DNA of 64,000 nucleotides from an uncultured delta proteobacterium. GTDB taxonomy: Bacteria; Myxococcota; Myxococcia; Myxococcales; Anaeromyxobacteraceae. Made by a program: the position numbers and the translations under genes. Below the pieces are notes generated by a model that saw nothing but the letters and a program-made list of their open reading frames with translations, did no database searches and was not told the origin of the DNA. The first letter of the stretch is position 1. The number at the start of each line of letters is the position of its first letter. Positions 18,847 to 30,625 of the stretch are shown one piece after another. The stretch is taken from contig CAVYBH010000010.1 in assembly GCA_963766715.1 (NCBI GenBank), positions 32,001 to 96,000 on the forward strand, given 5' to 3'.

Positions 18847-20282
18847 TTGAGCGCCGACCTCGCCACCCTCCTCGCCTCGATCGCCGTCGCCCTCGCGGCC
18901 GGGGCCGCCGCTGGCTGGGCGCTGGCCCGCTCCCGGGCTCGCTCGGAGGCCGACACCGCGCTGGCGCGGGCCCAGGCCGATCGGGCCCCCGTCGAGGCGG
19001 CCGCCGCCGAGCAGGCCCGGCGCGCCGCCGACCTGCGAGCGCACCGTCTCCGTCCGCGACGAGGCCCTGGCCGCGGCAGCGGAGCGGCTCCGCGCCGAGA
19101 GCTCGGCGCGGGCCGCGCTGGCCGCGCGACTCGAGGAGCAGCAGAAGGCGCTCGAGGCGGAGCGGGCCCTCCTCCAGGAGGCCGAGCGGCGCCTGGGAGA
19201 CACCTTCAAGGCGCTGTCCGCGGACGTGCTCCAGGCCTCCAGCGCCACCTTCCTGCAGCTCGCCGGGCAGACGCTCGAGAAGTACCAGGAGGGGGCGCGC
19301 GGCGATCTGGAGAAGCGCCAGCAGGCCATCGGCGAGCTCGTCACCCCCGTCCGCGAGGCCCTGGGGCGCTTCGAGGCGCAGGTCGGGGAGATCGAGCAGC
19401 GCCGGGCCGGCGCCTACTCCGAGCTGCGCGAGCAGGTCCGGTCGCTCGGCGACGCGCAGGCCCTCCTGCGGACCGAGGCCGGGAACCTGGTCCGCGCGCT
19501 CCGGGCGCCCCAGGTGCGGGGGCGCTGGGGCGAGGTCCAGCTGAAGCGGGTCGTCGAGCTGGCCGGGATGGCCGAGCACTGCGACTTCACCGAGCAGCAC
19601 AGCGTCGACACCGCCGAGGGGCGGCTCCGCCCGGACCTGGTGGTGCACCTGCCCGGCGGCCGCACCGTCGTGGTCGATGCCAAGGCCCCGCTCTCGGCCT
19701 ACCTGGAGGCGGTCGAGGCCACCGACGAGGCGAGGCGCACCGTGCTGCTCGCCGACCACGCCCGGCAGGTCCGGGAGCACGTCGTGGCGCTCTCCCGCAA
19801 GAGCTACTGGGAGCAGCTCCGCCCCACTCCGGAGTTCGTGATCCTCTTCCTGCCCGGCGAGTCGTTCTTCTCGGCGGCGCTCGAGCAGGACCGCGACCTC
19901 ATCGAGATGGGCGCCGAGCGGCGGGTCATCCTGGCCACGCCCACCACGCTCATCTCGCTCCTCAAGGCGGTCTCCTACGGCTGGAAGCAGGAGACCGTGG
20001 CGGCCAACGCCGAGCGCGTCGCCGAGATGGGGCGCGAGCTGCACAAGCGGGTCTCCGACCTCGCCGCCCACGTGGTGAAGCTGGGCCGGAGCCTGTCCTC
20101 CTCGGTGGAGGCCTACAACGGCTTCCTGGGCTCGCTCGAGGCGCGGGTGCTTCCCACCGCGCGGCGCTTCCGCGAGCTCGAGGCGGCCGGCGCCGAGGTC
20201 GTCGCCGGAGCTCACGCCGGTCGACTCGGTGACCCGCGTGGCGCAGGCGCCGGAACTGGTCGCGGCCGCCCCTCCGAAGTGA
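18847..20282 (+). CDS. rmuC: DNA recombination protein RmuC family (frameshifted)
   Basis: RGRWGEVQL, RPDLVVHLPG..VVVDAKAPL, EFVILFLPGE, ATPTTLISLLK. Confidence 0.9.
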
Positions 20283-20309
20283 GGCGAGGGGCGTCCGCGG
20301 CGCGGCAGG

Positions 20310-20609
20310 CTACTTCAGGCCGCCGGCGACGTACTTCGCGAGCCCGCTGATCTCCGCATCGGAGAGCTTGCCCTTGAAGGGCGTCATCTTGCCCTTGCCG
20401 TTCGTGATCACCTTCTCGATGTCACCGGCCGAGAGCTTGGTGACCGTGAGGTCCTTCACGCCCAGCTTCTGGGCCATGGGGGTCTGGCCCTTTCCGTCCT
20501 TGCCGTGACAGGCGGCGCACTTGGCCTGGAAGACGTCGGCAGGGCCGGCGGCGCGGGCCGCGGGGGCGACGAGGACGGCGAGCACGGCGGCGACGAGCAT
20601 CTTCTTCAT
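20310..20609 (-). CDS. small monoheme class I cytochrome c
   Basis: Signal peptide, CAACHG, GKGKMTPF, LSDAEI. Confidence 0.92.
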   Translation of the reverse strand: MKKMLVAAVLAVLVAPAARAAGPADVFQAKCAACHGKDGKGQTPMAQKLGVKDLTVTKLSAGDIEKVITNGKGKMTPFKGKLSDAEISGLAKYVAGGLK

Positions 20610-20690
20610 GTGTAAATCTCCGTTTTTCGGGTTCGGCTTTTTCCTAGCAGGGAGGTGCGCCGCCGTCCACACGCTCTTGGGCGACCGCGG

Positions 20691-21932
20691 CTAGTGCGCC
20701 GTCTCCGTGCCCGGCGGCACGACCGGCGCGCCCTTGGCCCGGAGCGTGCCCATCATGATGGGCACGGCCACGTTGACGAGCGTCGTGAAGACCAGCGCTC
20801 CCAGGCCGAAGACGCCGACGGCCACCATCCACTCCACGGCCGACGGGCGGTACTCGTAGATCTCGCCGAGGGTGTCCGGGGTCATGCCCGGGATGACGAG
20901 CCCCATGCCCTTCTCGATGTAGACGCCGGCGAAGATGAGCACCGCGCCGATGTTGAGCGTCGTCCAGTTCCGGCGGGCCGCCGGCACCACGAAGATGAGG
21001 AAGGCGGTCACCGAGCAGGTGAGCGAGAGCCAGGCGTAGGGCACGAGCGCGCGGTTCTTCCCGATGCCCTGCCAGAGGTACTTCGTGTAGAGCAGGTGCT
21101 CGGTGTGGGAGTAGTACTCCTTGAAGATCTCCGCGCCGAGCAGGAAGAGGTTGAAGAACATGGCGTAGGCCATGAGCTCGGCCACCTTCCAGATGGCCTC
21201 GTCCTTGATCTCGATGGCGGTGGTCTTCCGGAGGATCTGGAAGAGGATGATCATGACCGCCGGGCCCGACGAGAAGGCGGACGCGATGAACTTGGGCGCG
21301 AGGATGCCGGCGTTCCAGTAGGGCCGCGCCGCCATGCCGGCGTAGAGGAACGCGGTGACGGTGTGGATGCCGACCGCGGCCGGGATGCTGAAGAGCACGA
21401 GCGGCACCACGAACCACTTGGCGTACTCCTGCCCCCGGTAGGCGCGGTAGAGGATGTGGCTCACCACCACGAGGTTGAGCACCAGGTAGAGGTTCAGGAC
21501 CAGCGCGTCCCAGGAGAGCATCGACTGGGGCCAGTTGGGGTTGCCGGGTCCGGGCATGATGTGGGTGAGCCGGTCGGGGCTCCCCATGTCGACCAGGATG
21601 AACATCATGCACATGATGAGGGCGCTGATGGCGAGCAGCTCGCCCAGCACCACCACCTCCTTGATGGGCTTCCAGTGGTAGACGTAGGCCGGGACGACGA
21701 GCAGCACCGCCGCCGCGGCCACGCCCACCAGGAACGTGAAGTTGCCGATGTAGAAGGCCCAGGTGACCTGGTCCCGCATGTTGGTGGCGATGAGCCCCTG
21801 CTGCCACTGCCGGGAGTAGCCGAACAGGCCGATCGCCATCATGGCGAAGAGCAGCGCCATCCAGGCCTTGTAGGCCTTGCCGCCGGCGACCACCTGCCCC
21901 GCCGCGCCCTTCAAGAACTCGAGGATTCCCAT
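20691..21932 (-). CDS. NrfD/PsrC-family quinol-interacting membrane protein, DsrP-like
   Basis: GLIATNMRDQVTWAFYIGNFTFLVGVAAAA, VDMGSPDR, IHTVTAFLY, EKGMGLVIPG. About 10 TM helices. Confidence 0.88.
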   Translation of the reverse strand: MGILEFLKGAAGQVVAGGKAYKAWMALLFAMMAIGLFGYSRQWQQGLIATNMRDQVTWAFYIGNFTFLVGVAAAAVLLVVPAYVYHWKPIKEVVVLGELLAISALIMCMMFILVDMGSPDRLTHIMPGPGNPNWPQSMLSWDALVLNLYLVLNLVVVSHILYRAYRGQEYAKWFVVPLVLFSIPAAVGIHTVTAFLYAGMAARPYWNAGILAPKFIASAFSSGPAVMIILFQILRKTTAIEIKDEAIWKVAELMAYAMFFNLFLLGAEIFKEYYSHTEHLLYTKYLWQGIGKNRALVPYAWLSLTCSVTAFLIFVVPAARRNWTTLNIGAVLIFAGVYIEKGMGLVIPGMTPDTLGEIYEYRPSAVEWMVAVGVFGLGALVFTTLVNVAVPIMMGTLRAKGAPVVPPGTETAH

Positions 21933-21950
21933 GGTGCGTTCCCTCGACGG

Positions 21951-22895
21951 CTACGTCGCGTAGAAGTAGTAGAACTGCGGCTCGGTATCGAGCTCCTCCT
22001 TGAAGACGAACACGCGCTTGCGGTCCATCACCTGGCGGATCTCGCTCTCGGGGTCGAGCAGGTTGCCGAACTTCCTCGCTCCCACCGGGCAGATCTCCAC
22101 GCAGGCCGGGTAGCGGCCGTTGCGGGAGCGCTGGAGGCAGAAGGTGCACTTCTCCACCACGCCCATCGGGCGCGGCCGGTTTCCCAGGTAGGCGGTGACC
22201 GGGTTCATCTCGGCCGCCGGCAGGTTGGGCTCCGCCCAGTTGAACTTGCGGGCTCCGTACGGGCAGGCGGCGGTGCAGCAGCGGCAGCCGATGCACCAGT
22301 CGTAGTCGATGACCACGATGCCGTCCGGCTCCTTCCAGGTGGCCTTCACCGGGCAGACCTTCGTGCAGGGCGGGTTCCGGCACTGCTGGCACTGCACCGG
22401 CATGTAGAAGTGCCCCGGCTCGGGCACCTTCTCCGGGTCGTAGTACGGGGTCGCGTGCTGGAGCGCGACGCCGTGCTCCTTCTCCATCTGGAGCACCCGG
22501 ATCCACTGGATCTGGGGGTTCTTGCGCGACTGGTTGTTCTCCTTCACGCAGGCGTAGACGCAGCGGCGGCAGCCGATGCAGCGGGAGAGGTCGAGGCCGT
22601 ATCCGAAGTTCACGCCGGGCATGGGCGGGGGCATGGAGACGGTGACGTTCTTCCCGTACTGGGCCGACCACTTCTTCTCGAGCTTCCCGAGCATCTCCTG
22701 GAGCCGGTCCTTGGAGAGCTCGGTGAGGTGGCGGCGCTGGAGCTCCTCGACGACCGCGTCGGGCTTGCACCCGGAGACCGCGGCGATCACCGCGCCGGCC
22801 GCGGCGGTGCGCAGGAAGTCCCGGCGCGAGGGAGAGGTCCCGGCCTCTCCGGCAGGGTCCTCCTGGAGGACGGGGAGGCGCTTTCGTTCGCTCAT
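21951..22895 (-). CDS. Tat-exported 4x[4Fe-4S] ferredoxin-like subunit (NrfC/DsrO-like)
   Basis: SRRDFL Tat motif then SGC. CIGCRRCVYAC, CQQCRNPPCTKVCP, CIGCRCCTAACPY, KCTFC..PACVEICP. Confidence 0.92.
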   Translation of the reverse strand: MSERKRLPVLQEDPAGEAGTSPSRRDFLRTAAAGAVIAAVSGCKPDAVVEELQRRHLTELSKDRLQEMLGKLEKKWSAQYGKNVTVSMPPPMPGVNFGYGLDLSRCIGCRRCVYACVKENNQSRKNPQIQWIRVLQMEKEHGVALQHATPYYDPEKVPEPGHFYMPVQCQQCRNPPCTKVCPVKATWKEPDGIVVIDYDWCIGCRCCTAACPYGARKFNWAEPNLPAAEMNPVTAYLGNRPRPMGVVEKCTFCLQRSRNGRYPACVEICPVGARKFGNLLDPESEIRQVMDRKRVFVFKEELDTEPQFYYFYAT

Positions 22896-23461
22896 CGGCC
22901 CTGCTCCTGCGGCGGGATCGGCGGCGGCTCGGGCTTGAGCGCCTTGAACCGCGGGTTGTGGGGGTTGTGGCAGTTCACGCAGAGGTAATAGACCTTCTTC
23001 CCGTTCCACATCCCGGTGCGCTTGCCGTGCACGCCGACCTTCCAGTCGCGGTACTTGTCGCCGTGGCACTGCCCGCAGAGCTTGTAGGACTGGGTGAAGG
23101 GGACCTGCTGCCCGTTGATGAGGTGCAGGAAGTCGCGCTTCGCGTTGTCGTGGCAGTCGAGGCACCAGCGGGTCGGCGGCCCGTGGTGGAAGTCGCCCTG
23201 GATCTCGTCGTGGAAGGCGAGCTGGCGCGGCGTGGGGTCGCCCGGGCCGGCGTGGCACTGCGAGCAGGGGAAGATCCCCTCGCTGAACGGGGGAGGCTCG
23301 GCCTGGATGTCCTGGCCGGTGCCGGGCACCTCGGCCGGGGCGGAGGCGGCCGCGGGCGCCGGAGGCGCTGCGGGCGGGCTCTTGGCCAGGGCCGGGATCG
23401 GCAGGGCCACGAGCACGGCTGCCGCGAAGGAGAGCGCGGCGGGCCAGCGTGGAAGGGTCAT
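22892..23461 (-). CDS. periplasmic tetraheme cytochrome c
   Basis: Signal peptide and four CxxCH motifs: CSQCH, CLDCH, CGQCH, CVNCH. Confidence 0.9.
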   Translation of the reverse strand: MTLPRWPAALSFAAAVLVALPIPALAKSPPAAPPAPAAASAPAEVPGTGQDIQAEPPPFSEGIFPCSQCHAGPGDPTPRQLAFHDEIQGDFHHGPPTRWCLDCHDNAKRDFLHLINGQQVPFTQSYKLCGQCHGDKYRDWKVGVHGKRTGMWNGKKVYYLCVNCHNPHNPRFKALKPEPPPIPPQEQGR

Positions 23462-23501
23462 CGATTTCCTCCGTCGCCGCGAGGGTGCGCGGCGCACAGG
23501 C

Positions 23502-23543
23502 AGACTAGGGGGCGAAGACTGCCAGGGGATTGATCCCGATCAG
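23502..23543 (-). promoter_or_regulatory. FNR/CRP-family box with class II promoter geometry
   Basis: TTGATCCCGATCAG at 23530-23543. A minus-strand TAGTCT -10 candidate at 23507-23502 places the box centre at about -41.5. Confidence 0.6.
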
Positions 23544-23564
23544 GACCGGCCCGTCGTTCCACGG

Positions 23565-24944
23565 CTAGGCCTCGCCTGCGCGGGCCCGGGCGACGGGCTG
23601 ACCCGTCCGGTACTCCTTCAGCCGGTACTGGACCTTCCGGACGGAGACGCCGAGGACCTCGGCAGCCCGCGCGGTGGACCCTCCCACCGCGTCGAGGGTG
23701 CGCAGGATGGCTTCCCGCTCGATCTCGAAGAGGCTGGCGCCGGGGATGAGGGCGCTGCCCGCTCCCTCCTCGGGACGCGCGCCGCGGAGGACGGTGGGCA
23801 GGTCGTCGATGCCGACCAGGTCGCCGGTGCAGACGCGCGCCGCCCAGGCCACGGCGTTGTCGAGCTCGCGGACGTTTCCCGGCCAGTCGTAGGCGAAGAG
23901 GGCCGAGAGCGCGCCCGGCGTGAGCCCCTTCAGGCTCTTGCCCAGCGCCCGGCCGTGCACGGCGAGGAAGTGGGCCGCCAGCGCCGGGAGATCGCCCTTG
24001 CGGGCGCGCAGCGGCTGCAGCGCGAGGGCCACCACGTTGAGGCGGTAGTAGAGGTCGTCGCGGAACCGGCCGGCGCGGACCTCTTCCGCGAGGTCGAGCC
24101 GCGTGGAGGCCACCACGCGGACGTCCACGCGCAGCGTCCGGCTCCCGCCCACCCGCTCGTACTCCCCCTGCTGGAGGACCCGGAGCAACTTCACCTGGAG
24201 CGAAGGGCCCAGGCTGGCCACCTCGTGGAGGTAGACGGTGCCGCCGTCGGCCCGCTCGAGCAGCCCTTCCCGCCGGCGCGGGGCGTCGCCCATCACGGTG
24301 CCCTCGCTGCCGAAGAGGCGCGAGTCGAGCAGGGGCTCGGAGAGCCCGGCGCAGCCGCAGCGCACGAATGGCCGGTCGCGCCGGGGCGAGGCCTCGTGGA
24401 TCATCTCGGCCACGAAGGACCGGCCGGTCCCGGCCTCTCCCTGCAGGAGCACGGTGGCCTTGGTGGGAGCGGCCCGGCGGATGACCTCGTCGATGGCGGA
24501 GGCCTCGGGGGCGTTCCCGACGTAGCGCAGCCGGGCCCGGGCCTGGTCGCGGAGCTCACGGGCCTCCCGGCCCATCCGCCGCTTCTCCAGCGCCCGCTGG
24601 ACCACGACCGAGGTCCGGACCGGGTCGTCGGGAAGGACCACGTAGGCCTCCGCGCCGTTGCGCATCGCCTCGATGGCGGCGCTCACGTTCTCCCGCCTGC
24701 AGGTCACGATGAAGGCGGCGTCGGACCCGCCCGCGCGGGCGAGGCTCACGACGGCGGCCGAGCTCCAGCCGCTGGCGCGCGCCGCGCACAGCACCCCGTC
24801 GATGGGCGCGTTGCGCAGGACCTCGATTCCGGCCTCGGCGCTGGCGGCCTCCACGACCTCGAACCCGTCGGCGCGGAGCGAGCCCGCGAGGGTCGCCCGC
24901 TGGGTCGTGTCGGCATCGAGGATGAGGACCCGTTCGGAAGCCAC
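23565..24944 (-). CDS. NtrC-family REC-AAA+-HTH regulator with degenerate catalytic motifs
   Basis: QVKLLRVLQ, RFRDDLYYRLNV, WPGNVREL and a Fis-type HTH are present. Walker A is GEAGTGRS, there is no GAFTGA, Walker B is YLHEV. Confidence 0.85.
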   Translation of the reverse strand: MASERVLILDADTTQRATLAGSLRADGFEVVEAASAEAGIEVLRNAPIDGVLCAARASGWSSAAVVSLARAGGSDAAFIVTCRRENVSAAIEAMRNGAEAYVVLPDDPVRTSVVVQRALEKRRMGREARELRDQARARLRYVGNAPEASAIDEVIRRAAPTKATVLLQGEAGTGRSFVAEMIHEASPRRDRPFVRCGCAGLSEPLLDSRLFGSEGTVMGDAPRRREGLLERADGGTVYLHEVASLGPSLQVKLLRVLQQGEYERVGGSRTLRVDVRVVASTRLDLAEEVRAGRFRDDLYYRLNVVALALQPLRARKGDLPALAAHFLAVHGRALGKSLKGLTPGALSALFAYDWPGNVRELDNAVAWAARVCTGDLVGIDDLPTVLRGARPEEGAGSALIPGASLFEIEREAILRTLDAVGGSTARAAEVLGVSVRKVQYRLKEYRTGQPVARARAGEA

Positions 24945-25024
24945 GGGCGGGCCCAAGTGCAATTCACGCACCGGAGCATTTCCGGGGCATATGGCGCAAA
25001 CTCGCGCAACGGTTGCGAGATGGC

Positions 25025-25038
25025 TTGATTCGGGTCAA
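25025..25038. promoter_or_regulatory. FNR-like box between the NtrC-like and macrodomain genes
   Basis: TTGATTCGGGTCAA (TTGAT-N4-GTCAA). Confidence 0.5.
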
Positions 25039-25158
25039 TCGAGGCGCAGCGGCTGGGACCGAAGTCCAACCGTGCCCGGGGTTTCCGCTGCCCCGGGCGC
25101 GTCGACCCCTCCCCCCTCGGCTGGACCGTGGAGAGGGTTTCGGCGCATGATCTGCGCC

Positions 25159-25711
25159 ATGGAAGGTCCGGACCTGGCCCGCCTGCGCGTGCAGAAAGGC
25201 GACATCACGCGGCTCGAGGTCGACGCCATCGTGAACGCGGCGAACTCCGGGCTCCTGCGGGGCGGTGGCGTCTGCGGCGCGATCCACGCCGCGGCGGGGC
25301 CCGGACTGGAGGAGGAGTGCCGGCGGCTCGGCGGGTGCCCGACCGGCGACGCCCGGATCACGTCCGGCCACGGCCTCCCGGCGCGCTGGGTGGTCCACGC
25401 GGTCGGGCCGGTGTGGCGCGGAGGGGGCGCAGGCGAGGACGCGGCGCTCGCCGGAGCCTACCGGCGCTCGCTCGACCTGGCGGCGGAGGCCGGCGCGCGG
25501 ACGATGGCCTTTCCCGCGCTGTCGACCGGGATCTACGGATTCCCCGTCGAGCGCGCGACCCGGATCGCCGTGGCCGAGGTGCTGGCCGGGCTCGAGCGCC
25601 ATCCCCGGCTGGACCAGGTGGTCCTCTGCTGCTTCTCGGATGCGGACCTGGCGACCTACCGCCGCGTCCTGGCCGAGGCGACGCTCGCCCCGGCGCGACC
25701 CCGGTCAGTGA
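25159..25711 (+). CDS. macrodomain protein (O-acetyl-ADP-ribose deacetylase, YmdB-like)
   Basis: GDIT, AIVNAAN, GGGVCGAIHAAAG, HAVGP, FPALSTGIYGFP. As read the frame stays open to 25938; the true end is probably near 25711. Confidence 0.88.
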
Positions 25712-26125
25712 GCCGGCTGGGGAACGGGCGCGGTCCGCACCGGGCCGGGCTCGGCCTGCATGGGCGGAGCGGCCTTCTGGTACGGCTCGTCCATCCAGGA
25801 CTCCGAGTACGGAGGATTGGCGAACGGGAAGCGGGTGGCGTTGTCGATCATCGTGAGGCCGATGAGCAGCGCCACGAAGAGCGCGGAGACCACGAGCACC
25901 AGGCGGGCCACGCCCGGTCTCCTCCCAGAGGTGCATGAAGATGACGGCCACCAGCGCGGCCTTCACCGTGGCGATGGAGAGCGCCAGCACCACGCGTGCA
26001 CCGTACGACAGGTGGGTCTTCCACACGGCGACGGTCACGCCGGTGAGCACCATGAGGGCCACCCAGACCAGCACGTAGTGGACGGGGCCGAGGTGCTTGG
26101 CTTCGCTTCGGGTCGTGGCGGTCAC
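25705..26125 (-). CDS. ctaF: cytochrome c oxidase subunit IV (frameshift near 25915)
   Basis: YVLVWVALMVLTGVT, IATVKAALVAVIFMHL. Position after subunit III. Confidence 0.8.
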
Positions 26126-26135
26126 GGTCGCCTCC

Positions 26136-26769
26136 TCAGACCAGGTAGAGCAGCGGGAAGAGGAAGATCCAGATCAGGTCGACCAGGTGCCAGTAGAGCC
26201 CGCTGAGCTCCACCGGCGTGGAGTAGCCGGGGCCGAACTCGTTGCGCCACGCCCGCACCGCCACCCAGCCGAGCAGGCTCATGCCGATGAGCACGTGGAG
26301 CCCGTGCAGGCCGGTCATGAGGAAGTAGACCGTGAAGTACATGCTCACGCCGGGGCCCTGCACGCCGGCGAAGTGGTAGAGCCGCCCGGGCAGCTGCCCG
26401 TCCAGGTAGTGGTGGTAGTACTCGTAGCCCTTCAGCACCATGAACACCGCGCCGAAGCCGATGGTGATGGCGAGGAGCCCGACCACCTTCCGGTTCTCGC
26501 CGTGGCGCGCGTAGTGGATGGCGAGCGCCACCGTGAGCGACGAGGTGATGAGGACCACCGTGTTGGTGGCGCCCATCGCGACGTGGGCGAGCTTGCTCGC
26601 CTCCTCGAAGCCCACCGGGAAGAGGAACCGGTAGATGGCGTAGGCGGTGAAGAGGACCGCGAAGAGCAGGATCTCGGTGGACAGGAAGATCCACATGCCC
26701 ATGCGGGCCGCGTGCTCCTGCGTCTTCATGTCCGGGAAGTGATGGGCGAGGCGCCCCGGAGCGGCGGCT

Positions 26770-26780
<11 letters not shown>
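26136..26780 (-). CDS. ctaE: cytochrome c oxidase subunit III
   Basis: GMWIFLSTE, NTVVLITSS, TGLHGLHV, YWHLVDLIWIFLFPLLY. Confidence 0.93.
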
Positions 26781-28384
<1,604 letters not shown>

Positions 28385-28407
<23 letters not shown>

Positions 28408-29451
28408 AGATGGGACCCTTCTGCGGCTCGGCGGTCGGAGCATCCGTCCGCAGGGACTTGATGAACTCGGCGATGGCGGCGGCGTCGGGCGCGGTGAGCT
28501 TGCCCTGGTAGGTGGGCATGACCGCCTTGTACCCGGCGACGACCTCGGCGTTGGGCTCCATCATGGAGCGGGTCAGGTAGGCCTCGTCGGCGATCAGCGT
28601 GCGCCCGGTCTCCAGCTTCACGGTGCGGCCGTAGAGGTTGAGCCAGGTCGGCCCGATGTGCTGGGTGCCGTCGACGGTGTGGCACTTGAAGCAGCCCTGC
28701 ACGGCGGCGATGCGCCGGCCCTGGTCGACGAGGCTGCCGCGCAGGTCGACCTCCTCGGCGGGGACGGGTGCGCCGTCCTGGGCCACGGGCTGGCTGCCGC
28801 GCCGCTGCTGCTCCATCCAGGCGTCCCACTCCTCGGCGGGCATGACCACCAGCTCGCCGAGCATGGCCGAGTGGCCGAGGCCGCAGAACTCGGCGCAGAA
28901 GATGGGGTAGCGCCCGGGCGACGTCGGCGTTGAACCAGGCCTGCGTGTAGCGGCCCGGCAGCGCGTCCTGCTTGAACCGGAGCGCCGGCACGTAGAAGGA
29001 GTGGATGACGTCGCGCGAGGTGAGCAGCATCCGCACCGGGCGCCCGGCCGGGACGCGGAGCACGTCCGTCGAGTTGGGGCCGCCCGGGTAGGCGAACTTC
29101 CACATCCACTTCTTGCCCTGCACGTAGACGTCGATGGCGCCCTTGGGCGGGGTCTGCAGCTCGACGTACTGCGGGTAGCCGATCGCGAACCAGGAGAGGA
29201 AGAGCACGAGCGGGAGGCCGATGAAGACCGCCTCGTGGATGGGCTTGGGGTCGACGATGGGGGTCGACTGGTCGTGCCTTCTTCCGCTGGAAGCGGAACA
29301 CGAAGACCGTCGCCGTGGCCAGCGTGGTCCAGGCCCCGAGCATCGAGGCGATGAAGACGAAGTAGTGGAGGTAGTCGAGGTGCCGCGCCCACTGGGACGC
29401 CTGCGTCGGCAGGAAGAGCAGACTGCGCAGGAACTCGTTGATCAGGTTCAT
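28385..29451 (-). CDS. ctaC: cytochrome c oxidase subunit II with fused cytochrome c (caa3), frameshifted
   Basis: KWMWKFAY, DVIHSFYVP, CAEFCGLGHSAM (CuA), CFKCH, MPTYQG. Confidence 0.92.
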
Positions 29452-30257
29452 CGCCTGGCCCCCTTCGCCTCGCGCCGCCAGAAGACGAAGAGCGCGCTGG
29501 CGAGGCCGAAGAGCACGAGGAGGGCGCCGGCCCGCACCAACCCCATCGCGTACGGGACGTACTTCCGCGCCACCGGGTCGTAGCGGTAGCAGGTGAGCAG
29601 GAAGCGGTCGAAGCTGGTTCCCACCTTGCCGGCGCCGGCCTCCACGATGGCCAGCCGCAGGTCGCGGCCGGGGAACTCGACGCCGTAGAGGTAGCGGGAG
29701 ACCCGGCCGTCGGGCGTGAGGACCAGGATGGCCGCGCCGTGGGCGTACTGCTTCGTCTCCTCGTCGAACTTGTAGTGGAATCCGACCGCGTCGGTGACCG
29801 AGCGGATCTCCTTCTCCTGCCCGACCAGGAACGGCCAGACGTCCTTGCGGTCGGCCTTGTCGAAGGACTGGAGGTAGTGCTTCTGGCGCACGAAGCCCTG
29901 CGCCGCCTTCTCGCGCGGGTCGAAGGAGACCGAGAGCGCGGTGTAGTCCTTGCCGAGCTCGAGCCCGGTCTCCTTCATGCCGCGCGCCATGCCGCCCAGG
30001 ATGAGGCCGCACAGCATGGGGCACTCGTAGTAGACGAGGGCCAGCACGACCGGCTTCCCCTTGCCCAGGAAGTCGGCGATCCGGACCGTCTTGCCGTCCT
30101 GGTCGAGGAAGGTCGCGCCGAGCGGGACCTGGGCGTTCAGGCGCTCCTCGATGTCCACGCCCTGCAGCGGCGCCGGACCCTCGGGATCGTCCTCGGCCCT
30201 GGCCGCGGCGGGGAAGCCCACCGAGAGCGCCAGCGCCATGGCGATGGCTCGCCTCAC
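29448..30257 (-). CDS. SCO1/SenC family copper chaperone
   Basis: YYECPMLC, SFDP, YAHGA. Confidence 0.92.
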   Translation of the reverse strand: MRRAIAMALALSVGFPAAARAEDDPEGPAPLQGVDIEERLNAQVPLGATFLDQDGKTVRIADFLGKGKPVVLALVYYECPMLCGLILGGMARGMKETGLELGKDYTALSVSFDPREKAAQGFVRQKHYLQSFDKADRKDVWPFLVGQEKEIRSVTDAVGFHYKFDEETKQYAHGAAILVLTPDGRVSRYLYGVEFPGRDLRLAIVEAGAGKVGTSFDRFLLTCYRYDPVARKYVPYAMGLVRAGALLVLFGLASALFVFWRREAKGARR

Positions 30258-30625
30258 GGACGCTCCCCCTTCGCCACGCGGGCCATGGCGTCCTCGATGG
30301 GGACGTGGATCAGGCCGGCGGGCCGGTCGGCCCAGCCCCAGGAGTGGAGCCGCCCGAGCTGGGTCTTGCGCCAGTCGGCGGGCTCGACGGCGAGGGTGAA
30401 GAGGCGCTGCTCGACGATGCCGATCTTGTTCTTCCCGATCTCGGCGGGCGGCGCGGCGGGCCCGTCGGGGAGCACCTCGGCGCGGGTCCGGTCGTAGCCG
30501 AGCCGGATGGTGGCCCAGCTGGCGACGGCGAAGAAGATGAGCGCCGCGACGCCGACCGTGAGGATGCGCGGGGTGCCGATGCGGTCGGGCTCGGCCCGGA
30601 TGACGTGAGGGCTGTGGTCGCTCAT
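30254..30625 (-). CDS. actG: ActG-like single-TM subunit of alternative complex III
   Basis: One TM, LHSWGWAD..GLIHVPIEDAM. Position after actF. Confidence 0.65.
   Translation of the reverse strand: MSDHSPHVIRAEPDRIGTPRILTVGVAALIFFAVASWATIRLGYDRTRAEVLPDGPAAPPAEIGKNKIGIVEQRLFTLAVEPADWRKTQLGRLHSWGWADRPAGLIHVPIEDAMARVAKGERP

Noticed and set aside
20691..23461. Evidence for dissimilatory sulfite reduction
   Set aside because: Only DsrO/P-like genes are present. No dsrAB, dsrC or dsrMK in the window.
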